From assembly GCA_051313645.2 (NCBI GenBank), contig JBNRSN020000031.1, positions 9,982,001 to 10,046,000 on the forward strand: DNA of 64,000 bases, written 5' to 3'. Under the pieces are notes generated by a model that was not told where the DNA came from, ran no database searches, and saw only the letters and a list, made by a program, of their open reading frames with translations. Position numbers and translations under genes: made by a program. This DNA is from Centroscyllium fabricii (Eukaryota). Positions 1 through 12,171 of the stretch are shown here, piece after piece; within the stretch, counting starts at the first letter, position 1, and every line of letters starts with the position of its first letter.

Positions 1-173
1 TGAAATCGACGCTCAGGCGTTCAAAGGGATGGGTGGCCTTTATCAGGTGTGCCCTGTCTGGCCGATAAAAGTGTGGTTTGCACTCCGTGCAGACCTGGCA
101 ATTCTTGGTCATGGTCCCAACCTCCTCGATGGAGTAAGGTAGGTTGCAGGCCTTGATAAAGTGGAAAAAACTG

Positions 174-418
174 TGTGGTAACCGTAATTACCAGTGTATA
201 TATATGGATGTGTTCACCTTCAACTCTGTACATCGTGTGCAAGGCCAGGTCAGCCACAACTCTAACTCCTCCCCTTAGGTGGGAGCTTATAGGTGATAGC
301 CGCCCTCCCCCGCTCATTCTCGCCTTGAACTCGACAGGGAAATAGCTCCATTGTAAGCGAATAAAAGCCTGTAGTTTGGGTAACTACTCATCTTCAGTGT
401 TTGATTGACGATACGTCA
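174..418 (+). mobile_element. Probable LTR (Gypsy-like 3' LTR)
   Basis: TG...CA ends, AATAAA at 360, purine-rich tract just upstream. Confidence 0.45.
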
Positions 419-445
419 ATGTTATTCACTTAAATTTAAAACATG

Positions 446-847
446 GAGAGTATGGTGGCACAGTGGTTAGCATTGTTGCCTCACAGCACTGGAGACCCGG
501 GTTCAAATCCAGCCTCGGGTACTATCTGCGTGGAGTTTGCACTTTCTCCCCGTGTCTGCGTGGGTTTCCTCCGGGTGCTCCGGTTTCCTCCTACAGTCCA
601 AAGATGTGCGGGTTAGGTTGATTGGCCATGATAAATTGACCCTTAGTGTGAGGGGGATTGAATATGTGGGGTTACGGGGATAGGGTGGGATATGTGTTGA
701 TGCAGGCTCGATAGGGATCGAGGGATATGGGAAGAGGGCAGGGGCGGGATACTGGGTTTGGATGATCAGCCATGATCTCATTGAATGGCGGAGCAGGCTC
801 GAAGGGCTGAATGGCCTACTCCTGCTCCTAGTTTCTATGTTTCTATG
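446..847 (+). mobile_element. HE1-type V-SINE
   Basis: tRNA-like head, V-core (GTCTGCGTGGGTTTCCTCCGGGTGCTCCGG), CR1/HER1-derived tail (TTCTATG)n. Confidence 0.88.
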
Positions 848-993
848 ACTCCACCCATTGCCTTCATCTATTAACGTCCTTCATCTATTAACGTTCTTAG
901 CCTTACTATCTCCACTGACCTCAAGTAGAACACCTCCATCACCAAAGCTGCCTCCATGCAACAACTTCTTTTGCTCTGAACACTTCTGAAGTG

Positions 994-1408
994 TGTGAGC
1001 TGTGGCTCAGTTGGTAGCACACTCGCCTCAAAGTCAGAAGGTCATGGGTTCAAGTCCCACTCCAGGGACCTGAGCACATAAAGCTAGGCTGACACTCCAG
1101 TGCAGTGCTGAGGGAGGTGTCGTCTTTTGGATGAGACGTTAAGCCAGCTCTCTCAAGTGGCCAAAAAAATCCCATGGCACTATTTCGAAGAGATCAGTTA
1201 TCCCCGGTGTCCTGGCCAATATTTATCCCTCAACCAACATAATTAAAAACAAATTATTTGGTCCATTATCACATTGCTGTTTATGGGACCTTGCCGTGCG
1301 CAAATTGGCTGCCGTGTTTCCCACTTCAAAAGTACTTAATTGACTGTAAAGCACTTTGAGACGTCTGGTGTCGTGAAAGGCGCTATATAAATGCAAGTCT
1401 TTCTTTCT
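994..1408 (+). mobile_element. Deu-domain tRNA SINE (SacSINE1-like)
   Basis: A/B-box head, GGATGAGACGTTAA...ATCCCATGGCACTATTT...GTCCTGGCCAATATTTATCCCTCAAC core, GGCGCTATATAAATGCAAG tail. Confidence 0.78.
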
Positions 1409-1916
1409 GCTTTGCGCAACTCATCTCTGAATAAAGCAAAAGTCTGTTGAAGACACAAATACTGGTTCCCCCTCTGGAGTGACTGTTTGAACACATTCTT
1501 GAATTCCTACACAAGATACAAGAAAAAGCTTGCCCAATCGACAAGCCATCCATCTAGCCTGCAACCACTCTCTTAACTCATTACTTTTCTCTCGTTTTAC
1601 ATGCTGTCCGTTCCCTCCCATATCAGTGAAATCAGATTCATCAGTCTCCAACTCTTAACTAGCTTTGACATAACCTCAAAACTCAAACTTTTTTCCTTCA
1701 ATCTTTTCTCCATCCTACAACCTTCAGACTTCCAATCACAACTTCCAGATTACCTCAGTCTTCTCTTGTATTCATTTCAACCTTGTTGGTATCCTGCTAT
1801 ATGAGCCTTAACCCTTCACCTGGATTTCTCTAAAGAAAATTACTATTCTGGGTAACCAAGTTTCAAAATCACTGTGGGGTGGAGTTTGCCCAGATATTTC
1901 TAAAAGGTACTTCGAA

Positions 1917-3035
1917 TATAAGAACTAGGAGCAGGAGTAGGCCATATGGCCCATCAAGCCTGCTCCGCCATTCAATAAGATCATGGCTGATCATCATCAA
2001 CTCCACTTTCCCACGTGATCCCCATATCCTTCGATTCCCCTAGAGTCCAAAAATCTATCTCGGGCTTGCATATACTCCATGACTCAGCATCCACACCCCT
2101 TTGGGGTAGAGAATTACAAAGATTCACAACCCTGATTGTAGAAATTCCTTATCTCAGTCTTAAATGGCCGACCGCTTATCCTGAGACTATGCCCCCTAGT
2201 TCTAGACTCTCCAGCCAGGGGTAACAGCCTCTCAGCATCTGCCCCATCAATTCCTTCCAGAATCTTGTATGCTTCAATGAGATCACCTCTCATTCTTCTA
2301 AACTCCAGAGAGTATAGGCCCATTCTACTCTCTCTCTCCTTGTAGATCAACCCTCTCATCCCAGGGATCAATCTAGTGAACCTTCGTTGCACTGTCTACG
2401 GCAAGTATATCCTTCCCCAGATAAGGAGACCAAAACTATGCAGTACTCCAGGTGTGGTCTCACCAAAGCCCTGTACAATTGTAGTAAGATTTCCTTACTC
2501 TTGTACTCCAACCCCCTTGCAATAAAGGCCAACATGCCATTTGCCTTCCTAATTGCTTGCTGTACCTGCATTATAACTTTCTGTGTTTCCTGTATGAGGA
2601 CTCCTAAATATCTCTGCACACCAACATTTAATAGTTTCTCATCTTTTTAAAAATATTTTGTTTTTCTATTCTTCCTACCAAATTGAATAACCTCACACTG
2701 CCCCACTTAACCTGCCTATATCCCTTTGCAAGCTCTGTGTCCTCCTCACAGCTTACTTTCCCACCTAGCTTTGTATCATCTGCAAACTTGGATACATTGC
2801 ACTCAGTCCCTTCATCGAAGTCATTAATATAGATTGTATAAATAGCTGATGCCCAAGCACTGATCATTGCGGCACCCCGCTAGTTACAGCCGGTCAACCG
2901 GAAAATGACCCATTTATCCCTACGGTTTGCTGCCCGTTAACCAATCCTCTATCCATGCGAATATATTACCCCCAACCCCATGAGTCCTTATCTTGCGTAG
3001 CAACCTTTTATGTGGCACTTTATTGACTGCCCTTT
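1917..3035 (-). mobile_element. CR1/HER1 LINE 3' fragment
   Basis: YINDFDEG...SKFADDTKLGG, LYRALVRPHLEYC, EFRRMRGDLIE with frameshifts; CR1 3' UTR. Confidence 0.9.
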
Positions 3036-3164
3036 GGAACACTTTCCACACAAAGACTAGCCCTTATTAAAAAACTTGCAGCTAGTTCCGAGGACATTGC
3101 GGTGGAGGGGAGGGCGTGCAGGAACTTCCAGATTTAGCCAATGGCTTTCATGTTACTGACTTTT

Positions 3165-3826
3165 GCAGATGTGGTACATATGGACTTTCAAAAGGCATTT
3201 GATAAAGTACCACATAACAGACTTCCTCAAAAAATAGAAGGACATGGGATTAAAGGGACAGTGGTAACTTGGGTCTGTAATTGGCGACGGGATAATAGCC
3301 GGCATAGGGACGATGGACTGAATGGTCTCCTTCTGAGTTGTATCATTCTATAGGAGGCAAAGAGTAATGGTGAATGAATGTTTTTTCTGACTGGAAAGAA
3401 GTATGTAGTGGGTCCCCCAGGGATTAGGACCATTGCTTTTTTGTTACATATAAATGACCTGGACTTGGGTACAGGGAGTACAATTTCAAAGTTTTCAGAT
3501 GATACAAAACTTGGCAATGTAGTAAATAGTGAGCATGGTATCAGACTTCAAGAGGATAGAGACAGACTGGTGAAATGGGCTGATACGTGGGACATTTAAT
3601 TTACAAAGAAACACAGAAGATAGGAGCAGGAGTAGGCCATTCGGCCCTTTGAGACTGCTCTGACATTTTGATGAGATCATGGCTGATCATCCAAACCCAG
3701 CACCCCCCTCTCACCCTCTCCCCATATCCCCCGATACCCCCAACTCTAAGAACTATATCTCACACACATACTCATGGGCAATTTTTAGTATCTCCAATTC
3801 ACCTAACCTGCCTGTATTTTGACGGT

Positions 3827-3857
<31 letters not shown>

Positions 3858-4525
3858 ATACGAACACAGGGAGAACATGCAAACTCCACGCAGAGGTGTG
3901 CCGGGTTATAACCCATTTAATGCGGTTATAGTGTGGGAGAACAACATGAAAAGGCAGTATAATCTAAATGGTATTTTTTGAGATGGGGTGAAGAACAGAG
4001 GGACCTGGGGGTGCATAGTCACAAATCTTTGAAGATGACAGGGTCAGTTGATAAAAAGGTTAAGCGCAAAGATACTTGGCTTTGTAAATAGGGGTATTAA
4101 ATACAGTAAGTCATGTTAAACCTTACCTTTCAGCTGGAGTACTGTGTACAATTCAGGGCACCAAAGTTCAGGATGTCTAGGCCTTGGAGAGGTTACAGAG
4201 GAGCTCTATGAGGGATGAGGTGTCAGTTGTGTGGAGGAATTGAAGAAGCTGGGATTGCTCACCTTATAGCAGAGGAAGTGAAGGGGAGACCTAACAGAGG
4301 TATTCAAAATTATGCAGGCTTCTGATAGAGCAAGTAGGGAGAAACGGTTTCCTCTGGCAAGTGGGTCAGTAACCAGAGGTCACAGATTTAAAATAATTGG
4401 GCAGGTATTTGCAGCCTTATGGGAAAAAGGCTGGGGGTGGGACTAAATTGGATAGCTCTTTCAAAGAGCCTGCAGAGGCATGACGGAATGAACAGCCTCT
4501 TTCTGTGCTGTAAGGTTCTATGATT
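3165..4525 (+). mobile_element. Degenerate CR1 LINE fragment split by SINE
   Basis: MDFQKAFDKVPH, INDLD...KFSDDTKLG; TTCTATGA tail. Confidence 0.85.
3610..3893 (-). mobile_element. HE1-type SINE, partial, nested in CR1
   Basis: V-core and CR1 tail in reverse. Confidence 0.75.
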
Positions 4526-5071
4526 CATCTATTTGATTTCCCAACAGCTGCTTGACAGCTACCATAAGTGGTTGAATGCAATTTGTGAATTGAGGCATTT
4601 AGCCAGGTGTGTTAGCAGAGGTAAGCGCGTCTGGGGCAAATTAGTCTTCAATCTGATTGGCCAATGGCTACAATGGTAGTCTCGCCAGTTGAAGCCAGCA
4701 GCATTTATGAGACAAACTGTAATTGCTGAAAACATACTTTGCTTAGTACAGTACTGCTTGTATCCAACAATGCAAGATTGCCCCAGTACTATATCCTACT
4801 CGTCAGCCTGTTTTAAAGCTGGTCAATGACATTCGACTCGTTAAGTGCAGGGCTTTTCCCATGAGGGCTGCACCTTCTACACGACCAGGTTATCCAGATA
4901 GCTTTGTACAGCCCCTTGGGACATTCTATGACACCTTCCTGTCATTTCAGAAAGATGGAAAGAGCAAAGTGCCCTTTGTCCCTTAACAGCACCATCCCAA
5001 AAGATTGTGTCCAGGCTAAAGTCAGCACCCACCAGAACCAATTATCAATCAACAGTTGAGATAAACACCCA

Positions 5072-7984
5072 TTATATTTTAGTCAACGCCTTCAAGATCC
5101 TCTCGAGCCGTGCAATGTACTTGGCAGCATCCATCATATCGTATTGGTTTGCCGATTGCTCAAGATGGCTTCCAGCTTCTGCTGTACTTGAAGCTAATTC
5201 AATGCATTCAACTCAGTTAAATGGGATTGAAGTACAGGTACACAATCCCTTAACCGCACATCCGAAAACCGAAAAGCTCCGAAAACCAAAAACCGTTTTG
5301 GAGCACAAACCTAAATTTTAAATTGGGGCCTGAGGCCTACACCGGGTTTCCAGCCCACCCGCGGGTACAATCGCGGGTACAATTACTCCCCGAGCCCACA
5401 ATCTCCTACCGCCTCCCGGGAGCGTCTCTTCCATTTCAGAGGACGGCGCATGTGCAGCGCGCCGTTCCGTACCTGCGCACTGGGCCGCCAACGCGGCAAT
5501 GCGCCTGCGCAGAGTGCCATTCCGCACCTGCGCACTGGGCCGCTAACACGGCAATGCGCAGAGCACTGCGCAATGGGCCGCCAACACGGCACTGCGCATG
5601 CGCAGAGTGCTGTTCCGCGCCTGCGCACTGGGCCGCCAACACGACCATCCAAAAACTGAAAATATCCGAGACCCATCCGGTCCCAAGGGTTTTGGATAAA
5701 GGATTGTGTACCTGTATTAGCAAGAAAAAGTAATGCCGGTGCATCAGGGTGAAGTAGAACTGTTGCCCTTGGGTACTCTGACATTATTTATAGCTTGGTG
5801 GGTTTGGAGGGGTGGGGGAGACCTGTGGGGTATGTTTCTTAGTTGCTTTACCCAAGTTTAGCAATCTCTAAAGACTTAATTCCAAGGGACCCCGTATATT
5901 TAATTCTCAGCTGCCCTGTGTGCATTCAAGACAGGTACCAGACCGTCTGCCAAATGGTATAACAGAACACTTTGGTTGCTGAGCTCAGATATTAGATGCA
6001 TACAGTATTGACCGCAATTGGTGCAACAAGGTGCACCTATTGGCTGCCAATACAAACCAGGACCCTTCTGATTGGTGTGGTTCAGTGTTAAATCAAGTGG
6101 TGCCTTTATCCATTGGGGGAGATGCGAAGGGAAAAACTAGGAAAAACGTACCATTAACATTAGCACGCCGTGCCCTGCCACCTCCGTTGTCATGGTGACA
6201 TCCTCCAGCACCATTGTTGGCTGTCCTCCAGACTCTATACTGCACTGTACCAATGAGAACAGGCTCTATACTGCACAGTACTGATGAGAGCAGTCTATAC
6301 TGGGAAAAGGGAATGGAAAGATAGGCTGAGATGAGGTAAATGGAATGGGAGTATAAACACCAGCACAGACTAGTTGGGATGAATGGCCTGTTTCTGTGCT
6401 GTACTGAGGAGAGCAGAATCAACACTGCACAGCTTGAGCATGCAGATTCCTTTTGCAAAATTTGGATTTTAAAACCACCAAAAATTCTTACTCCAATTTT
6501 ATTCCTTCGCCCCTCTTTTCCTGAAGGCAGTAATGCTGCATTCACGAGCAACTGTGGCCATGCAGTATTTCACCCAGTGGCCATTTCCATCAGACCCTGG
6601 GGTGGTTTTTCACTCCTTCCCAGACAGTGAGAAACCGAGCCTAGAGAGCAGGACAGTCCCAGGTTTGATGAGCAGTCTGTGTGGAGTTAGATGATCTCAG
6701 CCAGAGTGGCACTGAGGGGGCTACAAGTGGCCTGAGACAAGGGAGTGGGTAATCAGCCAGAGTCCCCACTTCAGGGTTGTCCAGTGCCCATCCAACCTCC
6801 GTAGAAGCACAAGCATCAGGCGCAGGCAGGATCTGACTCAGCTGACACTCTGGCCAACAAATAGCTTGCCGACACCGTCAACGCTTACAGACGTGTAAGG
6901 GCGAGGGGAAAGTGGGCACTCGACACCATGGAATAGTATTTCATTAACAACTTCAGGAGCAGAGAGAAAATTGAAGGGAAAAAAAGCATGTGTCAAATTA
7001 CTGCAGTCGGTATCATTGAAAAAGGTCTTCAGTGGAACAGTTCCCCTTGAACTGGATGCAGATATGCATTGGATGCACATATAATTCAAGATGTTGCAAC
7101 ACTTGCTGTAGGATCAGAATCAAATCGCAATCCTATAATTGTAGTGGTTTGTTAATCAATTCCCATGACCTGCTGGCGTGCAGTTTCTAGGTGCCCAAGT
7201 GGCCATTCTTCCTGTGTGACCTTGGACAGCAAATGTCAGCAGGCCGTGGAAAGCAGCACAAGTGAGCCAGATGCCATCCTCACCAAATATCCACACGGCA
7301 CTTTCGATGGTGCGGCCCTGCTCACGTACACAGCTCTGAACACTGAACTGTTCATTTTATGTAAGAAGTCACACAACACCAGGTTATAGTCCAACAGCTT
7401 TATTAGAAATCACAAGCTTTTGGAGCGCTGCTCCTTCAGGTGAAGTGAAGAGATGCATATAGGCACAGCATATATAGTCAGAGAACACTGCCAGATGGCT
7501 GAGTTCTCGGACTATATAAGCTGTGCCTATATGCATCTCTTCACTTCGCCTGAGGAAGGAGCAGCGCTCCGAAAGCTTGTGATTTCTAATAAAGCTGTTG
7601 GATAATAACCTGGTGTTGTGTGACTTCTTACATTTGTCCACCCCAGTCCAACACCGGCATCTCCACATCATGCTTGTTCATTGTAGCGTCTGGCCCATTA
7701 ACAGATTCTCTGCTGCTAATTATTTCTTTTATGTAGTGTTTACGAACATTCTCCAATGGCGTGTCTGGATTGGACGAGTGCTGTCTGTTAACCTCAAGTG
7801 CTTCTTTAGATTCTGCTCAACACTACAGAGTGGCCACTGATAGTCAGCCAGAGAATGGTGAGTGAGCAAAGCATCCTGCCCAATACCCCTTCAATAAAAA
7901 ACTGATTCGTACAGTCCAAAATCAAAAGCCAACATACTTACTGAGCCTCTTTTGCCAAGTGTCTCCCCTCCGCTTCAGGGACAT
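5072..7984 (-). CDS. Candidate small spliced gene of unknown function; exons 7942-7984, 6889-6950, 6152-6299, 5072-5193; 124 aa
   Basis: Four GT-AG bounded segments join in frame (phases 1,0,1) and end ...DMMDAAKYIARLERILKALTKI*; no homologue recognised. Confidence 0.35.
5235..5714. mobile_element. TA-flanked MITE (Tc1/mariner-pogo type)
   Basis: TIR CAGGTACACAATCC(C/T)TTA, TA on both sides; internal GCGCACTGGGCCGCCAACAC repeats; related end fragment at ~59845-59964. Confidence 0.85.
7357..7674. mobile_element. Penelope-like inverted pseudo-LTR fragment
   Basis: ~130-bp inverted arms 7359-7486 / 7502-7633, AATAAA, hammerhead-like core, apparent TSD TGTTCATT (7349-7356, 7675-7682). Confidence 0.75.
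7546..7582 (+). ncRNA. Minimal type I hammerhead ribozyme motif
   Basis: TCGC-CTGAGGA-A-GGAGC-AGC-GCTCC-GAAA-GCTT-GTGA: CUGANGA and GAAA cores, stem II, palindromic AAGCTT stem III. Confidence 0.6.
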
Positions 7985-8260
7985 TCCATGGATGTTAGCA
8001 GCCCTTGTTGAAGTGGTTAATCCTTGTGTAGAAGCACTTCCACCCGATGCGGGGACTAGTCAAGCCCAAACACTAGAGTGCTCAACACACATACTGGGGT
8101 GCAGTAAGGGGGCAGGCACTCGGACGGTTTTCTTTCTATAGGCCAGGGATGCTGCCATCCCAGCACCGGCGCTAGCTGGGACCAGCTGACTCTGCGTGCA
8201 GGCCAGCGATCCAAACTGCCTTGATCTGCACCCTCTATCACTCGTGTACTTTCCATAATA

Positions 8261-8791
8261 CAGGTTGTGCACCATTAATCCGCCACGGGCGGGACCAGGC
8301 CCGTGCCGGGAAACAGAAAAAACCGGGAGAACGAGGTTGGACACTGCGCATGCGCACCATTCAAAATGGCCGCGCGCATGCGCACAACATTGGGATTGGC
8401 TGGCGCGCGCATGCGCAGATCGGGCACGGGTCCGCGTTCCCTCTCCATCGCCTTTCGGGTTGCTGCTGCCGCCGAGTCGGACTCAGGCTGACAGCTGTTG
8501 CCTAGTGACTGTCCGCCTCAGTCATGGGGCTCAGCTGTCGGGAAAATAACCGGCAGCCGTATTGAATTATCTGCGCATGTGCTAACCGTCCGGCGATGCA
8601 TGCGCAGATCATTCAAAACACCCGCAGCTGTTTTGAATGATCTGCGTATGCGCTCGGCGCATGCGCAGATCATTTGCCGAAGCCACGATGGCGGCAGCCA
8701 TCTTGCGCATGCGCAGTGCAGTCGTGGCAATTTGTGCCGGCAGACTGAAGCTGCCGGCTATTCGGGACACGGATTTTCGGTGCACAACCTG
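8261..8791. mobile_element. TA-flanked MITE, shorter sister of 41250-41930
   Basis: TIR CAGGTTGTGCACC, TA TSD; near-identical to the reverse complement of the 41.2-kb copy minus ~150 bp. Confidence 0.9.
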
Positions 8792-8842
8792 TACACGTCT
8801 GCAGAAGCATCCCTTCACAGACCTGCGGAAATGAACGAAAAC

Positions 8843-8993
8843 NNNNNNNNNNNNNNNNNNNNNNNNNNNNNNNNNNNNNNNNNNNNNNNNNNNNNNNNNN
8901 NNNNNNNNNNNNNNNNNNNNNNNNNNNNNNNNNNNNNNNNNNNNNNNNNNNNNNNNNNNNNNNNNNNNNNNNNNNNNNNNNNNNNNNNNNNNN
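8843..8993. other. Assembly gap (151 N)
   Basis: Run of N. Confidence 1.
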
Positions 8994-9972
8994 AATATGC
9001 AGATTTCATAGCACTGAAAAATCTCAAATTGTGTTTCTTCATCATTTTTTGTGAGCTTCAACTGAACCTAAACTTTTTTCCACACCTTGATTATAAAGGA
9101 AAAATGTGATCTGCTGCTCTCCTTGAACTAGAGCACAACTTTATACATACAGAAACTTGTACATTACCCTCGCAGGATATGGCCGATGGAAATAAAAGCT
9201 ATCGTCACTTCTCGCTTGACCATGTCATGAAAATTGTAAACCTCATTCTACGAGAGAAGGAAAAAAAACAACCAACTCTGAGGGTATGTGCATTGTACAA
9301 CTTCTATATACAATCACAGCTCAGGGGCTGAGGCTGCAGTTTAAAACCAGTCAGGAAGTGAAAGAGGAAAGTCCATACAATCAAGGGGAGGTCAGGGTGT
9401 TGTAGATACACACATGATACTTTGAGAAGGGGGGAAAAGCCTTTTTTTCACGTTTACTGTAAACTAAAAAGTTTTAAAACTACAGTTTGCTGCCAAACCA
9501 GCATTTCTCAATGTGTTTACAGCTGGTTGAAGGTTACATACGTCTAGGGTCTAATGCGCAGGCTGTCTCCTGCATGGCGTACACAGAGCTTCTGACGAGC
9601 CACCCTCCAGTGGTTAAGTTACAATTCAGAGTACAGCACTGAACCACAAAGATTTCCCAAGTCACTTAGGTTCCAAAATTTACCATAAAAACCTCAAAGC
9701 AGGGCCCTCCAGGAACGAGGCAGTCTCCCAAACTCACTGTAAACGAGACAGCAACTTTGGTTAAAAAATTTCAGACTTATACACAGGCAGCAAACATTCA
9801 TTGTTTTTTTTTCCTCTGGTACTTGATCAAAATGACTACAATATCCTTCCATTGTTAAGAGTGGGTGGGGGCAGATTTTGGGAACAGAGGTGGTTTTTGC
9901 ATAAATAAAGACAGAAACAGTCGATTCAAAGATCTCCACTCACGCACACACACGGTAAGGTTCCCACGGCTG
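8994..9972 (-). other. ARID1A: ARID1A 3' UTR, truncated by assembly gap
   Basis: Repeat-free, U-rich sequence after the stop codon; distal part resembles my recollection of the mammalian ARID1A 3' UTR. Confidence 0.8.
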
Positions 9973-11664
9973 TCATGACTGGCCTATCATGAAGAGTACA
10001 TCACAAATTACATTTGTAACCAGCGAGTTCAGGAGAGGCGATACAGAGATATCTAGCAGTCGCGCCTCATGCAACGTGAACTCAGAGTGGTTTTCTTCTA
10101 CTTTTGCCATTGCCAGCAGGGCCTTGGCTGCCCGGCGCATCATGTCCATACTCGTTGGCTCAATAGGTGCAGTCTGCAAGTGCATCAGGCTGGACTGACT
10201 CTGCTGGAGTTGAGTGGCAGCAAGGCTATCTTCCAAAAAGCCCAGCAGGTTACTGATGCTTCCCTTCCGAACAGCGATCGCTCGGGCAGCCAGGCTATCT
10301 CCCTGCGCCAGGTTTGCCAACAGCACCACACACATTTCACGGCACACCTGGCTTTTCCGTTCCCCGATGAGCCGGACCAGTATCCCATAAAGTTTCTCCA
10401 AACGACTAAAAGGAGGCGTCGCCAGGATCAGGTCCACGTTATTGTCCTGGATACTGAGTTTACATAAGCTCTCCAAGACGAGTCTCTGGGGGGAGAGTAT
10501 TGCGTTAGGACCTAGCATTGGGAAAGGGTCTTGGGCTTCTGCTGCAGGACACACAGCCCAGTGCAACAATCCATCCAGAATTGGCAAGCAGATACTCTCC
10601 GGGTACAGAGACAGGTCTAGCTGCCCAGAAATGTTGGCCAATGTGACAAGAGTGTTTTCCCGTAATACTTCTAAACAGTCCCACCACCACTCATCACTAT
10701 CACAGCTCACACCTTCATCCTCCTCATCCTCCTTCTCGTACGTTAATGGCGCCTGTTTCCGCTCAGGGTGTTCGTGGTGTTGCAGGATCAGCTTGCCCAG
10801 GATGAGCAGCAAGCCGGGGTGTTTCGACATCTCTGCGTCATTCCCAGGCACAAACGACAAGCTGCGGACGATGTTTGATATACAGATACACCGCTTCGCT
10901 AAAGAGTCCTGCCAGTCCGCCATCATACACAGCGGCACCTCATCCCGGCTGCAAGGCTCATCCTCAAGAATTTTGAGATTTTTATGACTTTGTGCCTGAT
11001 GAATAGCGAAAGGAAACTTGCTGCTCTCTGTGTTCCCCACTACTGAACCATTTACTGCCTCGGAGCCAGGCCTCGCTGACAGAACATCATCGATGGTCGC
11101 AGTTATGCTTTTGTCAGGCTCCTCAGCCGTTGCTGTTGTCTCTGTTTCTCTCTCTGCTGTCCCTTTTTTGCTCTCAGCTGTGTGCCTTTTTGTGGATCCT
11201 GCACGGGCTGCGGTTCGTTTTCGCGGTGGTACCTGCGTCTTACCCTCAAAGTGTGTTTGGATGTGTTCTGTAGTGTCACCTCCCCCAATCTGCCAGTGTA
11301 GCAAACCACTGTCGAACTCCTGCACCCTGCCCAACTTATCCGAGCGATCCACCACAAACAGGTCACTCTTTCTAACTATTTTCACAGGAAGTCTGTCAAA
11401 CTTGCTGATGTGCTTGGGATTCTCCTCTGTGCTCTCGATGGTCGTGGTATCCTCAGTTGTGTTAGCTGCCATTTCCTCCTCACTGATGTTGAACTCGTCT
11501 TCCTCCACCTCGAGCTCTGACTGCAGTTTTACTTTCCCAAGCTGCTCTGGATTCAGCAGTGTCTTTTGGCCAGGGTCCCCGATCTCGTACTCTTTCAGAA
11601 TTCCAAATATTTCAATCAAGCATCGCCGGAAATACTCCACCAGAAGCTCCAGGAATCCAGGTAA
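9973..11664 (-). CDS. ARID1A: ARID1A last exon, coding part (BAF250_C / ARM-repeat core-binding region)
   Basis: [23 protein letters not shown]...[23 protein letters not shown]...[12 protein letters not shown]; acceptor ttttcccag at 11665; the ORF-track N-terminal extension is intronic. Confidence 0.97.
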   Translation of the reverse strand, partial: LPGFLELLVEYFRRCLIEIFGILKEYEIGDPGQKTLLNPEQLGKVKLQSELEVEEDEFNISEEEMAANTTEDTTTIESTEENPKHISKFDRLPVKIVRKSDLFVVDRSDKLGRVQEFDSGLLHWQIGGGDTTEHIQTHFEGKTQVPPRKRTAARAGSTKRHTAESKKGTAERETETTATAEEPDKSITATIDDVLSARPGSEAVNGSVVGNTESSKFPFAIHQAQSHKNLKILEDEPCSRDEVPLCMMADWQDSLAKRCICISNIVRSLSFVPGNDAEMSKHPGLLLILGKLILQHHEHPERKQAPLTYEKEDEEDEGVSCDSDEWWWDCLEVLRENTLVTLANISGQLDLSLYPESICLPILDGLLHWAVCPAAEAQDPFPMLGPNAILSPQRLVLESLCKLSIQDNNVDLILATPPFSRLEKLYGILVRLIGERKSQVCREMCVVLLANLAQGDSLAARAIAVRKGSISNLLGFLEDSLAATQLQQSQSSLMHLQTAPIEPTSMDMMRRAAKALLAMAKVEENHSEFTLHEARLLDISVSPLLNSLVTNVICDVLFMIGQS

Positions 11665-12171
11665 CTGGGAAAAGATAAAACAGAGGTGAGGGGTCAAGTG
11701 CAGGCCAGCATCTCTAAGTAGAAAAGTGAGCAGGCTCCAGCAGGACAACGTGAAACCCCAGCTTTGTGCCTGTTCACTTCAGTCCTGAACAACCAATCCT
11801 CAGACCTGAGCCACATTTTGCTTGTGAACCAACTCTTGGCATTGGCAGCACAAGAAAAGTTTAAAGTCCAGAAGCACGGACATCTGTGCTGAGGACAGAG
11901 AGAGAGAGAGAGAGAGACGGGGGCTGTAACAATCCTGCACTGGCACTGTTACACAGCTTTACTGCATAAATTAGCACCAAATAAACCCAATTACTTTCAT
12001 TAATTACTTAGTTTTCATTTTTACTTTCATTAATTACTTAGTTTAAAAAAAATATTCTTGGCAACTTCCTCTCCCTTCCTGAAGCCGCTGGCTCTCACCA
12101 ACGTGCAGATTCGCGGGCTATACTTCAGTCAAGTGGCCGCTGTTCACGTGACCCCTGATGCTAGTGTTTAT

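Noticed and set aside
994-1070. tRNA gene
   Set aside because: The tRNA-like A/B boxes run straight into a Deu-SINE body; the same applies to the HE1 heads
1421-1804. Exons of a neighbouring gene such as PIGV
   Set aside because: No recognisable peptide or convincing splice pair
9989-11689. Plus-strand ORFs over the last ARID1A exon
   Set aside because: Antisense shadows of a real coding frame
11980-12045. Short tandem duplication and nearby (GA)n
   Set aside because: Ordinary slippage products
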